Part shown: piece after piece, positions 35,767-44,054 of the stretch
How positions within the stretch are numbered: the stretch's first letter is position 1
Layout: the number at the start of each line of letters is the position of its first letter
Source: a candidate division WOR-3 bacterium
Lineage (GTDB): Bacteria > Hydrothermota > Tepidihabitantia > B3-TA06
Direction: 5' to 3'
DNA length: 64,000 nt
Assembly: GCA_965649265.1 (NCBI GenBank)
Contig: CBFGKC010000007.1
Coordinates: 70,182 to 134,181, forward strand
Translations under genes and position numbers: made by a program
Notes under the pieces: generated by a model
Told to the model about the DNA's origin: nothing
The model's database searches: none
What the model saw: the letters and a program-made list of their open reading frames with translations, nothing else

Positions 35767-37003
35767 CTTTGCGCACCGGTTCGTGGCAGCAGCCCTCCTC
35801 CCCTTCTCCTTCATTGTGAAGGTGGCCGCCACCGCAATGACAACCCTCCTCCCCTTCTCTCTCTTCGTGATGATCATGGTCTGAGCAAGCGTTATCGGAA
35901 CACGCCTCGTCCGAGCAGTGGTGGGGTTTGCGTGCAATCTTGCGGTACATCCAGAGCCCGAACTGCAGGAGGATCAAAGCGATAAGGATAACAGCGGAGA
36001 TGGTGTTGACGAGTGGGGGAAGCTCGAAGAGTCCGACAATCTTTCCTGAAGACGAGAAAACCATACCGGATGGAAAGAGAACGTTGTAGAGGAACCCAAG
36101 GCCGAGCGAGACGATGGCGATGGATGTGAGGTAGATTATAAGTGATCGTTTTCCGAGCGTTTTGCCTACCACCGTGATCGTGGTCGCGTTGGTCGCAGGA
36201 CCCGCGATAAGAAAGACGAGCGCGGCGCCCGGCGATATGCCCTTTGCCACGAGTGCGGCCGCGATCGGCAGCGAACCTGTCGCGCAGATGTAGAGGGGGA
36301 TGCCGATAACGAGCATCAGAAACATCTGGAGCACGGGCGACTTGAAGTACGCGGCTACTATCTGAGGCGGCACGAAGTAGGCGATAGCTCCGCCGATAAG
36401 TGTTCCTATTACCAGCCACTTGCCTATATCGGTGACGAGCTCGCCGAAAGAGTAAGCGATCATGGCCCAGGTCTTTGCAAAGAAGCCGTGCGTGTGCTCG
36501 TCGTCGGTTGAGTTGCCGCAAACCACGCAGTTATTTTTGCTTATCCTGTTTTTATCGCCGGGCTTTTCCTTGTCGAAGATATTGGCCCCGACACCTGCTG
36601 TAAACCCCGCGAGGAATGACGCCGCGATGCGGTAGAGGGTGAAAACGGGTCCCAAGAGGGAGTATGTCGCAAGAATCGAATCAACACCGGTTGTGGGCGT
36701 GGAGATGAGGAACGCGAGCGTTGCGCCTTTCGATGCGCCGCTTTGACGAATAGAGGCGGCGGTCGGTATGACCGCACAGGAACAGAGAGGGAGGGGGATG
36801 CCAATGAGTGTGGCTTTGAGAACGGACCAGAAGCTTGCACCGCCCAGATGCTTTGCCACTTTTTGCACGGAGATGAAGATGTGCAGAATACCGCCGAAGA
36901 GAAAACCCAGGAGCAGGTAAGGAGACATCTCCAGGAGAAGCTGCCAGCTTGCTATGAATACGCCAAACAGCGCCTTCCAGATCCAGGTAAGAATTGCTAA
37001 CAC
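35759..37003 (-). CDS. permease of the YraQ/UPF0718 (DUF318) type with a His/Cys/Glu-rich C-terminal tail
   Basis: Multi-pass membrane protein with a PLPLCSC motif; tail HHCSDEACSDNACSDHDHHEEREGEEGCHCGGGHLHNEGEGEEGCCHEP. Confidence 0.5.
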   Translation of the reverse strand: MLAILTWIWKALFGVFIASWQLLLEMSPYLLLGFLFGGILHIFISVQKVAKHLGGASFWSVLKATLIGIPLPLCSCAVIPTAASIRQSGASKGATLAFLISTPTTGVDSILATYSLLGPVFTLYRIAASFLAGFTAGVGANIFDKEKPGDKNRISKNNCVVCGNSTDDEHTHGFFAKTWAMIAYSFGELVTDIGKWLVIGTLIGGAIAYFVPPQIVAAYFKSPVLQMFLMLVIGIPLYICATGSLPIAAALVAKGISPGAALVFLIAGPATNATTITVVGKTLGKRSLIIYLTSIAIVSLGLGFLYNVLFPSGMVFSSSGKIVGLFELPPLVNTISAVILIALILLQFGLWMYRKIARKPHHCSDEACSDNACSDHDHHEEREGEEGCHCGGGHLHNEGEGEEGCCHEPVRKDP

Positions 37004-37098
37004 TCCTCCTCCCGACGCCTACGAATAATTATCATACTGTAATGATAGTAATTTTCAGCCCCCTGTCAACAAGAATGAATGCTACTCGATGATTATTA

Positions 37099-37656
37099 TT
37101 ATTCAGCGCCTTCTTCTATGGTTACCGTCAGGATATAATCACCTTTTTCAAGGGAGTCGAGCACGTCGTAACCGTCCGTAACCTTGCCGATTATCGAGTA
37201 CTTGCCGTCGAATTCCGGTATCGCCCCGCGGCAGATGATGAACTGCGAGGAGGTAGTCTGGGGCTTACCGAAGTTAATCATGGAAACGGTTCCGCGTTCG
37301 TGGTGAAGGGTTGAGTCTATTTCTTCATTCATGAAGTATGCTTTCCCCTTTATAGTGTAGAAACCCTGCCCGTTGTTTTTGGGGCAGCCGGTCATGATGA
37401 ACTCCTTGCCTGCACCCATCTGGCCCACGCGCCAGACTTCTCTGTTATTGTAGAAAGTTTCCTTCGCAAGCTTGACGAATTGTTTTACGCATCGTGGAGC
37501 CTGCTCGGGGTAGAGTTGGACGCGCATCTTTCCGAGGCCTTCAACTTCAATCACGGCCTGGATGTTTTTTGGGAGTTCGTCTTTTGGATTGGGCTTGCAG
37601 CCAACACCGATTAAGGTCAGCATTAAAGCGGCGATTATGATGAGTCGTCTCTGCAT
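37099..37656 (-). CDS. ppiB: peptidyl-prolyl cis-trans isomerase, cyclophilin type (lipoprotein)
   Basis: Lipobox IGVGC; cyclophilin core (...HHERGTVSM...FIICRG...). Confidence 0.6.
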   Translation of the reverse strand: MQRRLIIIAALMLTLIGVGCKPNPKDELPKNIQAVIEVEGLGKMRVQLYPEQAPRCVKQFVKLAKETFYNNREVWRVGQMGAGKEFIMTGCPKNNGQGFYTIKGKAYFMNEEIDSTLHHERGTVSMINFGKPQTTSSQFIICRGAIPEFDGKYSIIGKVTDGYDVLDSLEKGDYILTVTIEEGAE

Positions 37657-37917
37657 TTCATCCTCCTTTATTGATAATATAATATGAAGAATAGGTTAAA
37701 CGTCAAGTAGTTTGAACACAGACTAAAACAAGATGACTGGTTTTGAATTCACCTGATTTTGAGTCACATACACTTGACATGAATTCAGGTTATGCATATA
37801 ATCCTTGGTGATAAGTTTCGCTTTCTCCTTAACGTGGAGCAATATACGAAACGTGCGAAATGAAACCGGCGAGATACTAGATGCGGCAATAAGCCGTAAT
37901 AACAAAGGAGGCGCCCA

Positions 37918-38208
37918 ATGAGCGTACGCAAGGCGGACATAGTAGAAGTTATAGAACGCAAGCTAGGCCCCCGCGTAACAAAGAAGGACATCTCCATGGT
38001 GATCAACATATTCCTCAAGGAGATATCTAATCTGCTCGCAGAGGGCAAAAGGATTGAAATAAGAGGATTTGGGGTATTCAAATCCAAGAGGCGCAACTCG
38101 AAAATAGCGCGTAACCCGAGAACAGGCAAGGAGATAAACATCCCTGCCCGCCTAGTACCGGTTTTCAAGCCCTCCAAGATTCTAAAACAGGTAGTAACCC
38201 AGAAATAA
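37918..38208 (+). CDS. HU/IHF-family DNA-binding protein
   Basis: 96 aa; GFGVF and RNPRTGKEI..PAR arm motif. Confidence 0.75.
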   Translation: MSVRKADIVEVIERKLGPRVTKKDISMVINIFLKEISNLLAEGKRIEIRGFGVFKSKRRNSKIARNPRTGKEINIPARLVPVFKPSKILKQVVTQK

Positions 38209-38236
38209 GAATAAACTAAAGAAAGGCCAACAATAG

Positions 38237-38326
38237 ATGCCATGCGGTCGTAAACGTAAGCTGAAAAAAGTAAAACGGCACAAGTTCAAGAAAAGACGCA
38301 AGCTCCTGAGAAAGAAACGTAGCTAA
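38237..38326 (+). CDS. 29-codon extremely basic ORF (MPCGRKRKLKKVKRHKFKKRRKLLRKKRS), candidate small ribosomal-type protein (bS22/THX-like)
   Basis: Own translation; 19 of 29 residues are K/R/H; the stop lies 1 nt before tRNA-Arg; too short to appear in the ORF track. Confidence 0.3.
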   Translation: MPCGRKRKLKKVKRHKFKKRRKLLRKKRS

Positions 38327-38327
38327 C

Positions 38328-38401
38328 GCGCCCGTAGCTCAGACGGACAGAGCATCACGCTCCGGACGTGAAGGCCGTAGGTTCGAGTCCTATCGGGCGC
38401 G
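38328..38401 (+). tRNA. tRNA-Arg (anticodon CCG)
   Basis: Cloverleaf with acceptor GCGCCCG/CGGGCGC, anticodon stem TCACG/CGTGA, loop CTCCGGA, T-loop GTTCGAGTC; CCA not encoded. Confidence 0.85.
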
Positions 38402-38499
38402 TTTGAGCTTTCTTTGGAGCATCAATGTGCCCGGTGGATTCATATCAGTTCTGTTGGTGCGTCAAATAATGAGGAAACCTTAAAAAGAGAGGACCAATT

Positions 38500-39771
38500 T
38501 TGGACAAACTCCTCATTACAGGCGGACACCCTCTTCATGGAGAAGTTGCTGTATCAGGTTCCAAGAACGCCGCCTTGCCACTCATGGCGGCGGCGCTCTT
38601 GACCGAAGAACCTTGTCGCTTAACAAATGTTCCCTCGCTCGTAGACGTGATCACTATGAGGGAGCTCCTTGACACGATAGGTGTTTGCTCGAATCAATCG
38701 AAAGACGGCGTAAAAATAGAAGCAAAAAATCCGGGCATAGAGGCTCCTTACGAGATCGTGCGCAAGATGCGCGCATCCTATTACGTGCTGGGACCCCTCC
38801 TGGGCAGGCTTCACGAAGCGAAGGTAGCACTTCCCGGCGGATGCGCCATCGGTGCAAGACCCATTGACCTTCACATCAAGGGGATGGAGAAGCTGGGCGC
38901 GGAAGTTATTGTGGAAGAAGGATATGTCCACGCAAGGGCGAAGAAACTTGTGGGCGCAGAGATTTTCCTTGAGGGAACCAAAGGCCCGAGCGTAGGTGCG
39001 ACCATTAACGTGATGATGGCGGCAGTGCTGGCGGAAGGTGAAACGAGGATCATAGGCGCGGCAGGAGAACCCGAGGTTTCGGCGGTTGCCGCTTTTTTGC
39101 GAAAGATGGGCGCAGAGATTGCGGGTGAAGGCACCCACGAAATAAGGATCGAAGGGGTTAAAAAACTTCACGGCGCCGAATTCGCCAATATCCCGGACAG
39201 GATCGAGGCCGGAACCTATGCCATAGCAGCGGCGATAACGAGGGGCAGATTGATATTGAGAAACGCCCCCTCCTCCCACATGGGGAATCTGATTCAGCCT
39301 TTGCTCGAAGCAGGCGCTGAGATAGAGGCGTCCGGAAACCATCTGACCGTTTCCATGATGAAAAGACCGACCCCGTTGATTCTCAACACGGCACCCTATC
39401 CCGGTTTTCCGACCGATATGCAGGCTCAGTTCATGGCCTGGCTGGCTCTCGGCGAAGGAACCAGCATCATCTCGGAGACCATATTCGAGAACCGCTTCAT
39501 GCAAGCGATGGAGCTACAGCGCATGGGCGCCCAGATAACCCTTAAAGGAAACACTGCGGTAATAGAGGGTACGGATAAGCTCTCGGGCACCGAGGTCATG
39601 GCTTCTGATTTAAGGGCTTCCGCCTCTCTCGTTCTCGCTGGGCTTGCCGCCAAGGGTATGACGACGGTTTCGAGGATTTACCACCTGGACAGGGGTTACG
39701 AGGGGCTCGAGCGCAAGCTCGAAGCTGCGGGCGCCCAGATAGAAAGGATCTCCGCACCTGGAGAGGAATGA
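38500..39771 (+). CDS. murA: UDP-N-acetylglucosamine 1-carboxyvinyltransferase
   Basis: 423 aa; MDKLLITGG...VSGSKNAALP N-terminus and catalytic Cys region (GGCAIGARPIDLH). Confidence 0.85.
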   Translation: MDKLLITGGHPLHGEVAVSGSKNAALPLMAAALLTEEPCRLTNVPSLVDVITMRELLDTIGVCSNQSKDGVKIEAKNPGIEAPYEIVRKMRASYYVLGPLLGRLHEAKVALPGGCAIGARPIDLHIKGMEKLGAEVIVEEGYVHARAKKLVGAEIFLEGTKGPSVGATINVMMAAVLAEGETRIIGAAGEPEVSAVAAFLRKMGAEIAGEGTHEIRIEGVKKLHGAEFANIPDRIEAGTYAIAAAITRGRLILRNAPSSHMGNLIQPLLEAGAEIEASGNHLTVSMMKRPTPLILNTAPYPGFPTDMQAQFMAWLALGEGTSIISETIFENRFMQAMELQRMGAQITLKGNTAVIEGTDKLSGTEVMASDLRASASLVLAGLAAKGMTTVSRIYHLDRGYEGLERKLEAAGAQIERISAPGEE

Positions 39772-40850
39772 AGCGTAAGTTCGTAATGGTCGGGGATGTG
39801 GGAATAGGCGAGGGCTATCCGGTGGCCGTGCAGACGATGACGAAAGGGAATACGCGAGACGTAAAGGGAATTGTACGGGAGATTGGACGCGCAAGTCGAG
39901 CGGGTGCCGAGCTTATAAGGATCGCGGTACCTGACGAAGAAGCGTTACTGGCTTTCAGGCGGATTGTGGCCTCTACCCGTGTGGCTGCCACCGCGGCGGT
40001 CGGTACCGCGGCCCCCCCCATGATTGCGGATGTTCATTTCAATTCAAAACTTGCGCTCGGAGCGATCGAGGCCGGTGCAAACAAATTAAGGATAAACCCC
40101 GGCAATATCTCCTCTAAAAAAGAGCTTAAGGAGATAGCGGACAGGGCAAAGGAGAGAGGCATTCCAATAAGGATAGGCGTCAATGCAGGCTCCCTGCCCC
40201 AGGGGATACTCGCGAAGTTCAAGCATCCGACTACGGAGGCAATAGTTGCCGCACTTTCGGACTCGGTCAAGCTGTTCGAGGACTTCGGGTTTACGGACCT
40301 CGTACTCTCGGCAAAGTCTTCGGATGCGAGAACGACCATTGACGTTTACCGCCAGATGCGGAAAAACTTCCCCTATCCCCTGCACCTTGGCGTGACCGAG
40401 GCCGGCCTGCCATTCGAGGGTGTGATACGGTCGACCGCGGCGATGGCTCCATTATTATTGGAGGGAATCGGAGACACTATCAGGATATCGCTGACCGGAA
40501 CCGTAGTTCACGAAGTGACGGCATGCTGGGAGTTGTTGGACAGCCTGGGACTGAGGAAGAGGAGGGGAGTACGATTGGTCTCATGCCCTGGCTGCGGCAG
40601 AACGGAAATCGAGTTGGTGAGACTGGCAAAAGAGGTTCAAGCGAGACTCAATCGAGTGGAGAAGTCGATGACGGTGGCTGTTATGGGCTGTGTGGTCAAC
40701 GGCCCGGGCGAGGCAAGAGAGGCGGACTACGGAATAGCGGGCGGAAAGGGAAAAGGAGTTATTTTCCGGAAAGGCGAGGTTGTAAAAACGGTGTCCGAGG
40801 AAAAGCTGGTGGATACGCTCGTAGAGTTGATAGAAAAGGACGTTGTTTAA
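39768..40850 (+). CDS. ispG: 4-hydroxy-3-methylbut-2-enyl diphosphate synthase
   Basis: GcpE N-terminal TIM-barrel motifs and C-terminal CPGCGRT 4Fe-4S motif. Confidence 0.8.
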   Translation: MKRKFVMVGDVGIGEGYPVAVQTMTKGNTRDVKGIVREIGRASRAGAELIRIAVPDEEALLAFRRIVASTRVAATAAVGTAAPPMIADVHFNSKLALGAIEAGANKLRINPGNISSKKELKEIADRAKERGIPIRIGVNAGSLPQGILAKFKHPTTEAIVAALSDSVKLFEDFGFTDLVLSAKSSDARTTIDVYRQMRKNFPYPLHLGVTEAGLPFEGVIRSTAAMAPLLLEGIGDTIRISLTGTVVHEVTACWELLDSLGLRKRRGVRLVSCPGCGRTEIELVRLAKEVQARLNRVEKSMTVAVMGCVVNGPGEAREADYGIAGGKGKGVIFRKGEVVKTVSEEKLVDTLVELIEKDVV

Positions 40851-40877
40851 TAACGTCCAAATTGTAAATACCCAATA

Positions 40878-41617
40878 TCACATCTTTTCAAGGACGTAGA
40901 TGCTCCAGGGTGCAATACTTGTCTCGTTTACCCAATCGAACGGCTCGTCCGACCTGCCGAGAGGATTGTGCAACTCGAGGACTTGAAGACCGGACGCCTC
41001 GTATGTTTCGCGGTACTCCTTGTCCGGCCAGAGGATATCGACCGCAGGCCTGGGGTCGCCGATTGCGGTCACGATTATGCGTACTTCGTCACCGGGCTTG
41101 GCGCGGGCGTTTTCAGGAAAGTCCTTCGTGGAGAAAGACGCCCATTCGTGAAGGTATATCTCGGGCGTGGAAACGAGGTTGATAATGCATCCGGAGGGCT
41201 CGAGAACTCGCGCCATCTCGCGGAAGAGCGCCACTTTCCGGCTCGGGTCGGGATGTTATCGAACGTGAAGGCCGAGAGAACGAGGTCGAAGGATTCATCT
41301 GGAAACCCGGAGAGGTCGGCGTCACGAACAAGGCGGTAGTCGCCTTTGGGGTCAAGCTCATACGCCCGTTTGATCATCTCCTGTGAGATGTCCGCGCCGA
41401 CTGCATCTAAACCCAGACTGCTGAGGAATCGAGTTGAGCGTCCGGTTCCGCAGCCTATGTCGAGCGCTTTTCGCCCTCCTAGTCCTCCTTCCCCCGATAT
41501 ATGGCGGGAGATAAGTTCGGGCAGGTCCCGGAATGCAAGGTAGTAGGTTCCCGGGAACTCGAGCCTGGCGTATGCCGCCGCGTAAGCGTCGTCCTCGTAA
41601 GTGTTCTTGAAGTCCAT
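40878..41617 (-). pseudogene. class I SAM-dependent methyltransferase split by a frameshift near 41235-41245
   Basis: ORFs 41075..41617 (DIGCGTGRSTRFL...FDNIP) and 40878..41234 (ALFREMARVLEPSGCIINL...) are consecutive parts of one methyltransferase fold in different frames. Confidence 0.55.
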
Positions 41618-41642
41618 CGGATTTTCACCTCATTTTGTGGGG

Positions 41643-41670
41643 AATATACGGCTTTCCGGATGGTTGTCAA
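41643..41670 (-). promoter_or_regulatory. sigma70-like promoter (TTGACA-16-TATATT, minus strand) upstream of the methyltransferase
   Basis: Reverse complement reads TTGACAaccatccggaaagccgTATATT. Confidence 0.4.
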
Positions 41671-41678
41671 TTATATTC

Positions 41679-41722
41679 GTAGGGGCGGACTTTCAGGTCG
41701 GCCCGATTATTTCTCATCGGGC
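41679..41722. repeat. palindromic element GTAGGGGCGGAC-tttca-GGTCGGCCC plus adjacent GCCCGAT...ATCGGGC hairpin
   Basis: Same family as 34946..35009 and 35671..35697; sits at the left edge of the second AT-rich block. Confidence 0.55.
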
Positions 41723-41750
41723 TTTATGAAAATTAAAACATTTATCTGAG

Positions 41751-41981
41751 TTACAAGTGTTCTCTTATGAGTTGAATCGCACAAAATGAACAATTTCCGA
41801 GCATTGAGGCCATCCAAAGAGCAACAATGCCAGTTATAAAGATACCTATGATTAATAGTACCCGTTTAAAAGTCCTGTTGCCTGTCTTATCTGTTAGGAA
41901 AAAAATCAAGAGCATTAAACCACTATAAACTACCAGTACGGGAATAAAAAATAAAAACGATTCGTTCAACACTTTCCACAT
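41751..41981 (-). CDS. small hypothetical membrane protein (AT-rich)
   Basis: 76 aa; two hydrophobic helices; low-GC context. Confidence 0.35.
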   Translation of the reverse strand: MWKVLNESFLFFIPVLVVYSGLMLLIFFLTDKTGNRTFKRVLLIIGIFITGIVALWMASMLGNCSFCAIQLIREHL

Positions 41982-42059
41982 TACGATTCATTTTTTTCTA
42001 TAGAGCTTTTTATACGCTTTTCAGGAAGCGTATTTGAAAATAGCACTAATGGTTTTTTA

Positions 42060-42752
42060 CTAGAACCAAGAAGTGTCTTTTATCTCACCAGTTCTTACAG
42101 TGTAAGATGCAGAATCCTTTCCTGCAAGAGTTGCATAGAATGCATAAAGAGTTATCGTGTCATATTGCGGAACCAAATCAGAATAAGGTACGCTACAACG
42201 AACAAACGTAGCAAAATAGTTGTAATCCGGCTGTTGTTCAGGGATACAATAGCAATAATACCCTTCACTTTTCAAAACACCTGGCCAACTTCCGGTAAAT
42301 ACAAGCTTGACCTCACACAGTGAATCATACTCACTCCAGATATTTACAGTAATCAATGCCCCAGTTATTTCAATGGTAGGTGGAATATCCTCGCCTTGCC
42401 CCAACCATGCAGTATCAGAATACATTTGTTGATCTAGCCATCTGACCAACGCATAGAAGTGACCGTCCCATGTTACAGGATGCCGCCAATCCACAGGTAT
42501 CTGTGCCGAGTAAGTTGAATCCCCATCAATCCAAACCGTGTCTGTACATACGAGAGAATCCTCGCCGTAGGCTAGGCGGTGAATATCAACGTAGACATTA
42601 CCTTGACCTTTGGCATCAAACTGGATTCCCCATGTCGATTGCGGCAGGGTGTCCAGGACTCCAGAGTTGATAGAAAGAACTTCAACCTTGCCAACATTGC
42701 TGCATCCACCGGCAAATAAAAGTCCTATTGTAAAGTAAAGAATTTTTTTCAC
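42060..42752 (-). CDS. hypothetical lipoprotein (AT-rich), GTG start
   Basis: AGGAGG then GTG gives MKKILYFTIGLLFAGGCSN (lipoprotein-type signal); the track's upstream extension is unsupported. Confidence 0.4.
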   Translation of the reverse strand: MKKILYFTIGLLFAGGCSNVGKVEVLSINSGVLDTLPQSTWGIQFDAKGQGNVYVDIHRLAYGEDSLVCTDTVWIDGDSTYSAQIPVDWRHPVTWDGHFYALVRWLDQQMYSDTAWLGQGEDIPPTIEITGALITVNIWSEYDSLCEVKLVFTGSWPGVLKSEGYYCYCIPEQQPDYNYFATFVRCSVPYSDLVPQYDTITLYAFYATLAGKDSASYTVRTGEIKDTSWF

Positions 42753-42772
42753 TACTCCTCCTAGTTTCAAAC

Positions 42773-42801
42773 ATTCTACGCTTTTTGACAATCTTTGTCA
42801 A
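42773..42801 (-). promoter_or_regulatory. promoter (TTGACA-17-TAGAAT, minus strand) embedded in the perfect palindrome TTGACAatcttTGTCAA
   Basis: Read from sequence; the palindrome could double as an operator. Confidence 0.4.
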
Positions 42802-42824
42802 GGCTGACGAAAAGGTAGAGGTAC

Positions 42825-42945
42825 TCTCCTCCCCCTTGACGGGGGAGGCTGGGAGGAGGTGAAGCTGTGTTTTAAAGATGATTCCAAAATATTAGGTTTC
42901 ACCTTGCCCCCTCCCCCTTCCCATCAAGGGAGGGGAGGAACCTTC
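42825..42945. repeat. pair of GC-rich hairpins (CCTCCCCC-ttgac-GGGGGAGG; CCCTCCCCCTT...AAGGGAGGGGAGG)
   Basis: Read from sequence; intergenic, between the AT-rich block and the dcw promoter. Confidence 0.5.
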
Positions 42946-43171
42946 AGCATCCTCAGGATGACTGCCTACCGACTGATACCCCCTTCTCTCCTCTCAAAAA
43001 ACGACGGTGGGGAACCGGCGTTTTCCGACCCGGAAATGTGGATAACTTTGCAATTCACGAATGCACGAACACATACGGAAAATTAAGAAAATCGTCAATT
43101 TCGAGATAAGTTGTTGGTTATTTTAGACTTGTGGCGATTTTTGAATCGAGTCCGAATTGGGCTTAGGGGGC

Positions 43172-43199
43172 TTGACAAGTGGGGAAAAATATATACAAT
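43172..43199 (+). promoter_or_regulatory. sigma70 promoter of the dcw operon (TTGACA-16-TACAAT)
   Basis: Near-consensus elements 11 nt upstream of the mraZ ATG. Confidence 0.65.
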
Positions 43200-43209
43200 G
43201 TGGTTATGA

Positions 43210-43695
43210 ATGGTGATTCGTGGGGCAGAAATGCGATTTCGTGGACAGTTCAAGTATTCGGTAGACCATAAGGGCCGGGTTGCCATACCCGCCCAGTTCC
43301 GCCGGGCACTTGACGCCGCGAACCAGCGCACCCTGGTTCTCACTAAAGGCTATGACGGCGAGATAGAGGTACATCCCCTGTCGGAGTGGGAGGGATACGA
43401 GGACGAGGTGCTTCTTGCCATTCCGAGACACAAAAGAGAAACCAGACGCTTCATGCGGCGCCGTGCCGCCGCCGCCGCAGAGGTGGAACTCGACTCCCAG
43501 GGTCGCATAATGCTCCCCCGTCATCTTATAGAGTATGCGAGTCTCGAGGCCGAGGTGGTCATAAGCGGCGCTATAAGTCATTTCGAGATATGGAATCCCG
43601 AGACCTTTGTCCGGTTCGACCAGGAATCGGAACAAAGCCAGGAGGAGGATTCTGAAAACCTTGAAAAGTATCTTTCTCAAGGGAGAAACCCATGA
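43210..43695 (+). CDS. mraZ: transcriptional regulator MraZ
   Basis: Two SpoVT/AbrB-like repeats (KGRVAIPAQFR; QGRIMLPRHL); first gene of dcw. The start could alternatively be the ATG at 43231. Confidence 0.8.
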   Translation: MVIRGAEMRFRGQFKYSVDHKGRVAIPAQFRRALDAANQRTLVLTKGYDGEIEVHPLSEWEGYEDEVLLAIPRHKRETRRFMRRRAAAAAEVELDSQGRIMLPRHLIEYASLEAEVVISGAISHFEIWNPETFVRFDQESEQSQEEDSENLEKYLSQGRNP

Positions 43696-44054
43696 AAGCT
43701 ATAATCAAAAGAGTCGAGAGCGTTCCTTTCGTGAACCTTTCCGGCGAATTAGGCGAAGAGGATTTTGAAGAGCTCGGGGCGCTTTTTACGGGGCTTCTGG
43801 CGGCAAACGAGTTAAGCGTTGTCATCAATCTCGCCGGATGCGACCATATACAGACAAACCTGATACCGGAACTCATCAATTTCAAGCGCCGCTTCAACGA
43901 GCGCGGCGGCGACATCAAGCTCATAAATGTATCGGATTATATCAATTCCCTGTTCAGTCTTTACGGTTTTCATCCCTTCGATATCTACCCATCCAAGCAG
44001 GCGGCGCTCAAGAGCATAGCGCGCCTGACCGTTGCGAAAGGTATCGGTGGATGA
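43692..44054 (+). CDS. STAS-domain protein (anti-sigma-factor-antagonist-like) inserted between mraZ and rsmH
   Basis: 120 aa; LSGELGEEDFEELGALFTGLL ... VVINLAGCDHIQTNLIPELINFKRRFNERGGDIKLINVSDYINSLFSLYGF fits the STAS fold pattern. Confidence 0.5.
   Translation: MKAIIKRVESVPFVNLSGELGEEDFEELGALFTGLLAANELSVVINLAGCDHIQTNLIPELINFKRRFNERGGDIKLINVSDYINSLFSLYGFHPFDIYPSKQAALKSIARLTVAKGIGG

Noticed and set aside
35892-36840. ORFs 35892..36521 and 36541..36840 within the permease gene
   Set aside because: Alternative frames of a membrane-protein gene. They are Arg-rich, with no start context.
42859-43086. 75-aa ORF across the GC-rich hairpins upstream of mraZ
   Set aside because: Spans palindromic or homopolymeric DNA and the dcw promoter region, with no RBS. 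Most likely non-coding.
43692-44054. The 120-aa ORF between mraZ and rsmH could be a mere 5' extension artefact of rsmH
   Set aside because: It is in a different frame from rsmH, has a coherent STAS-like sequence along its full length, and has its own start overlapping the mraZ stop. It is kept as a gene.
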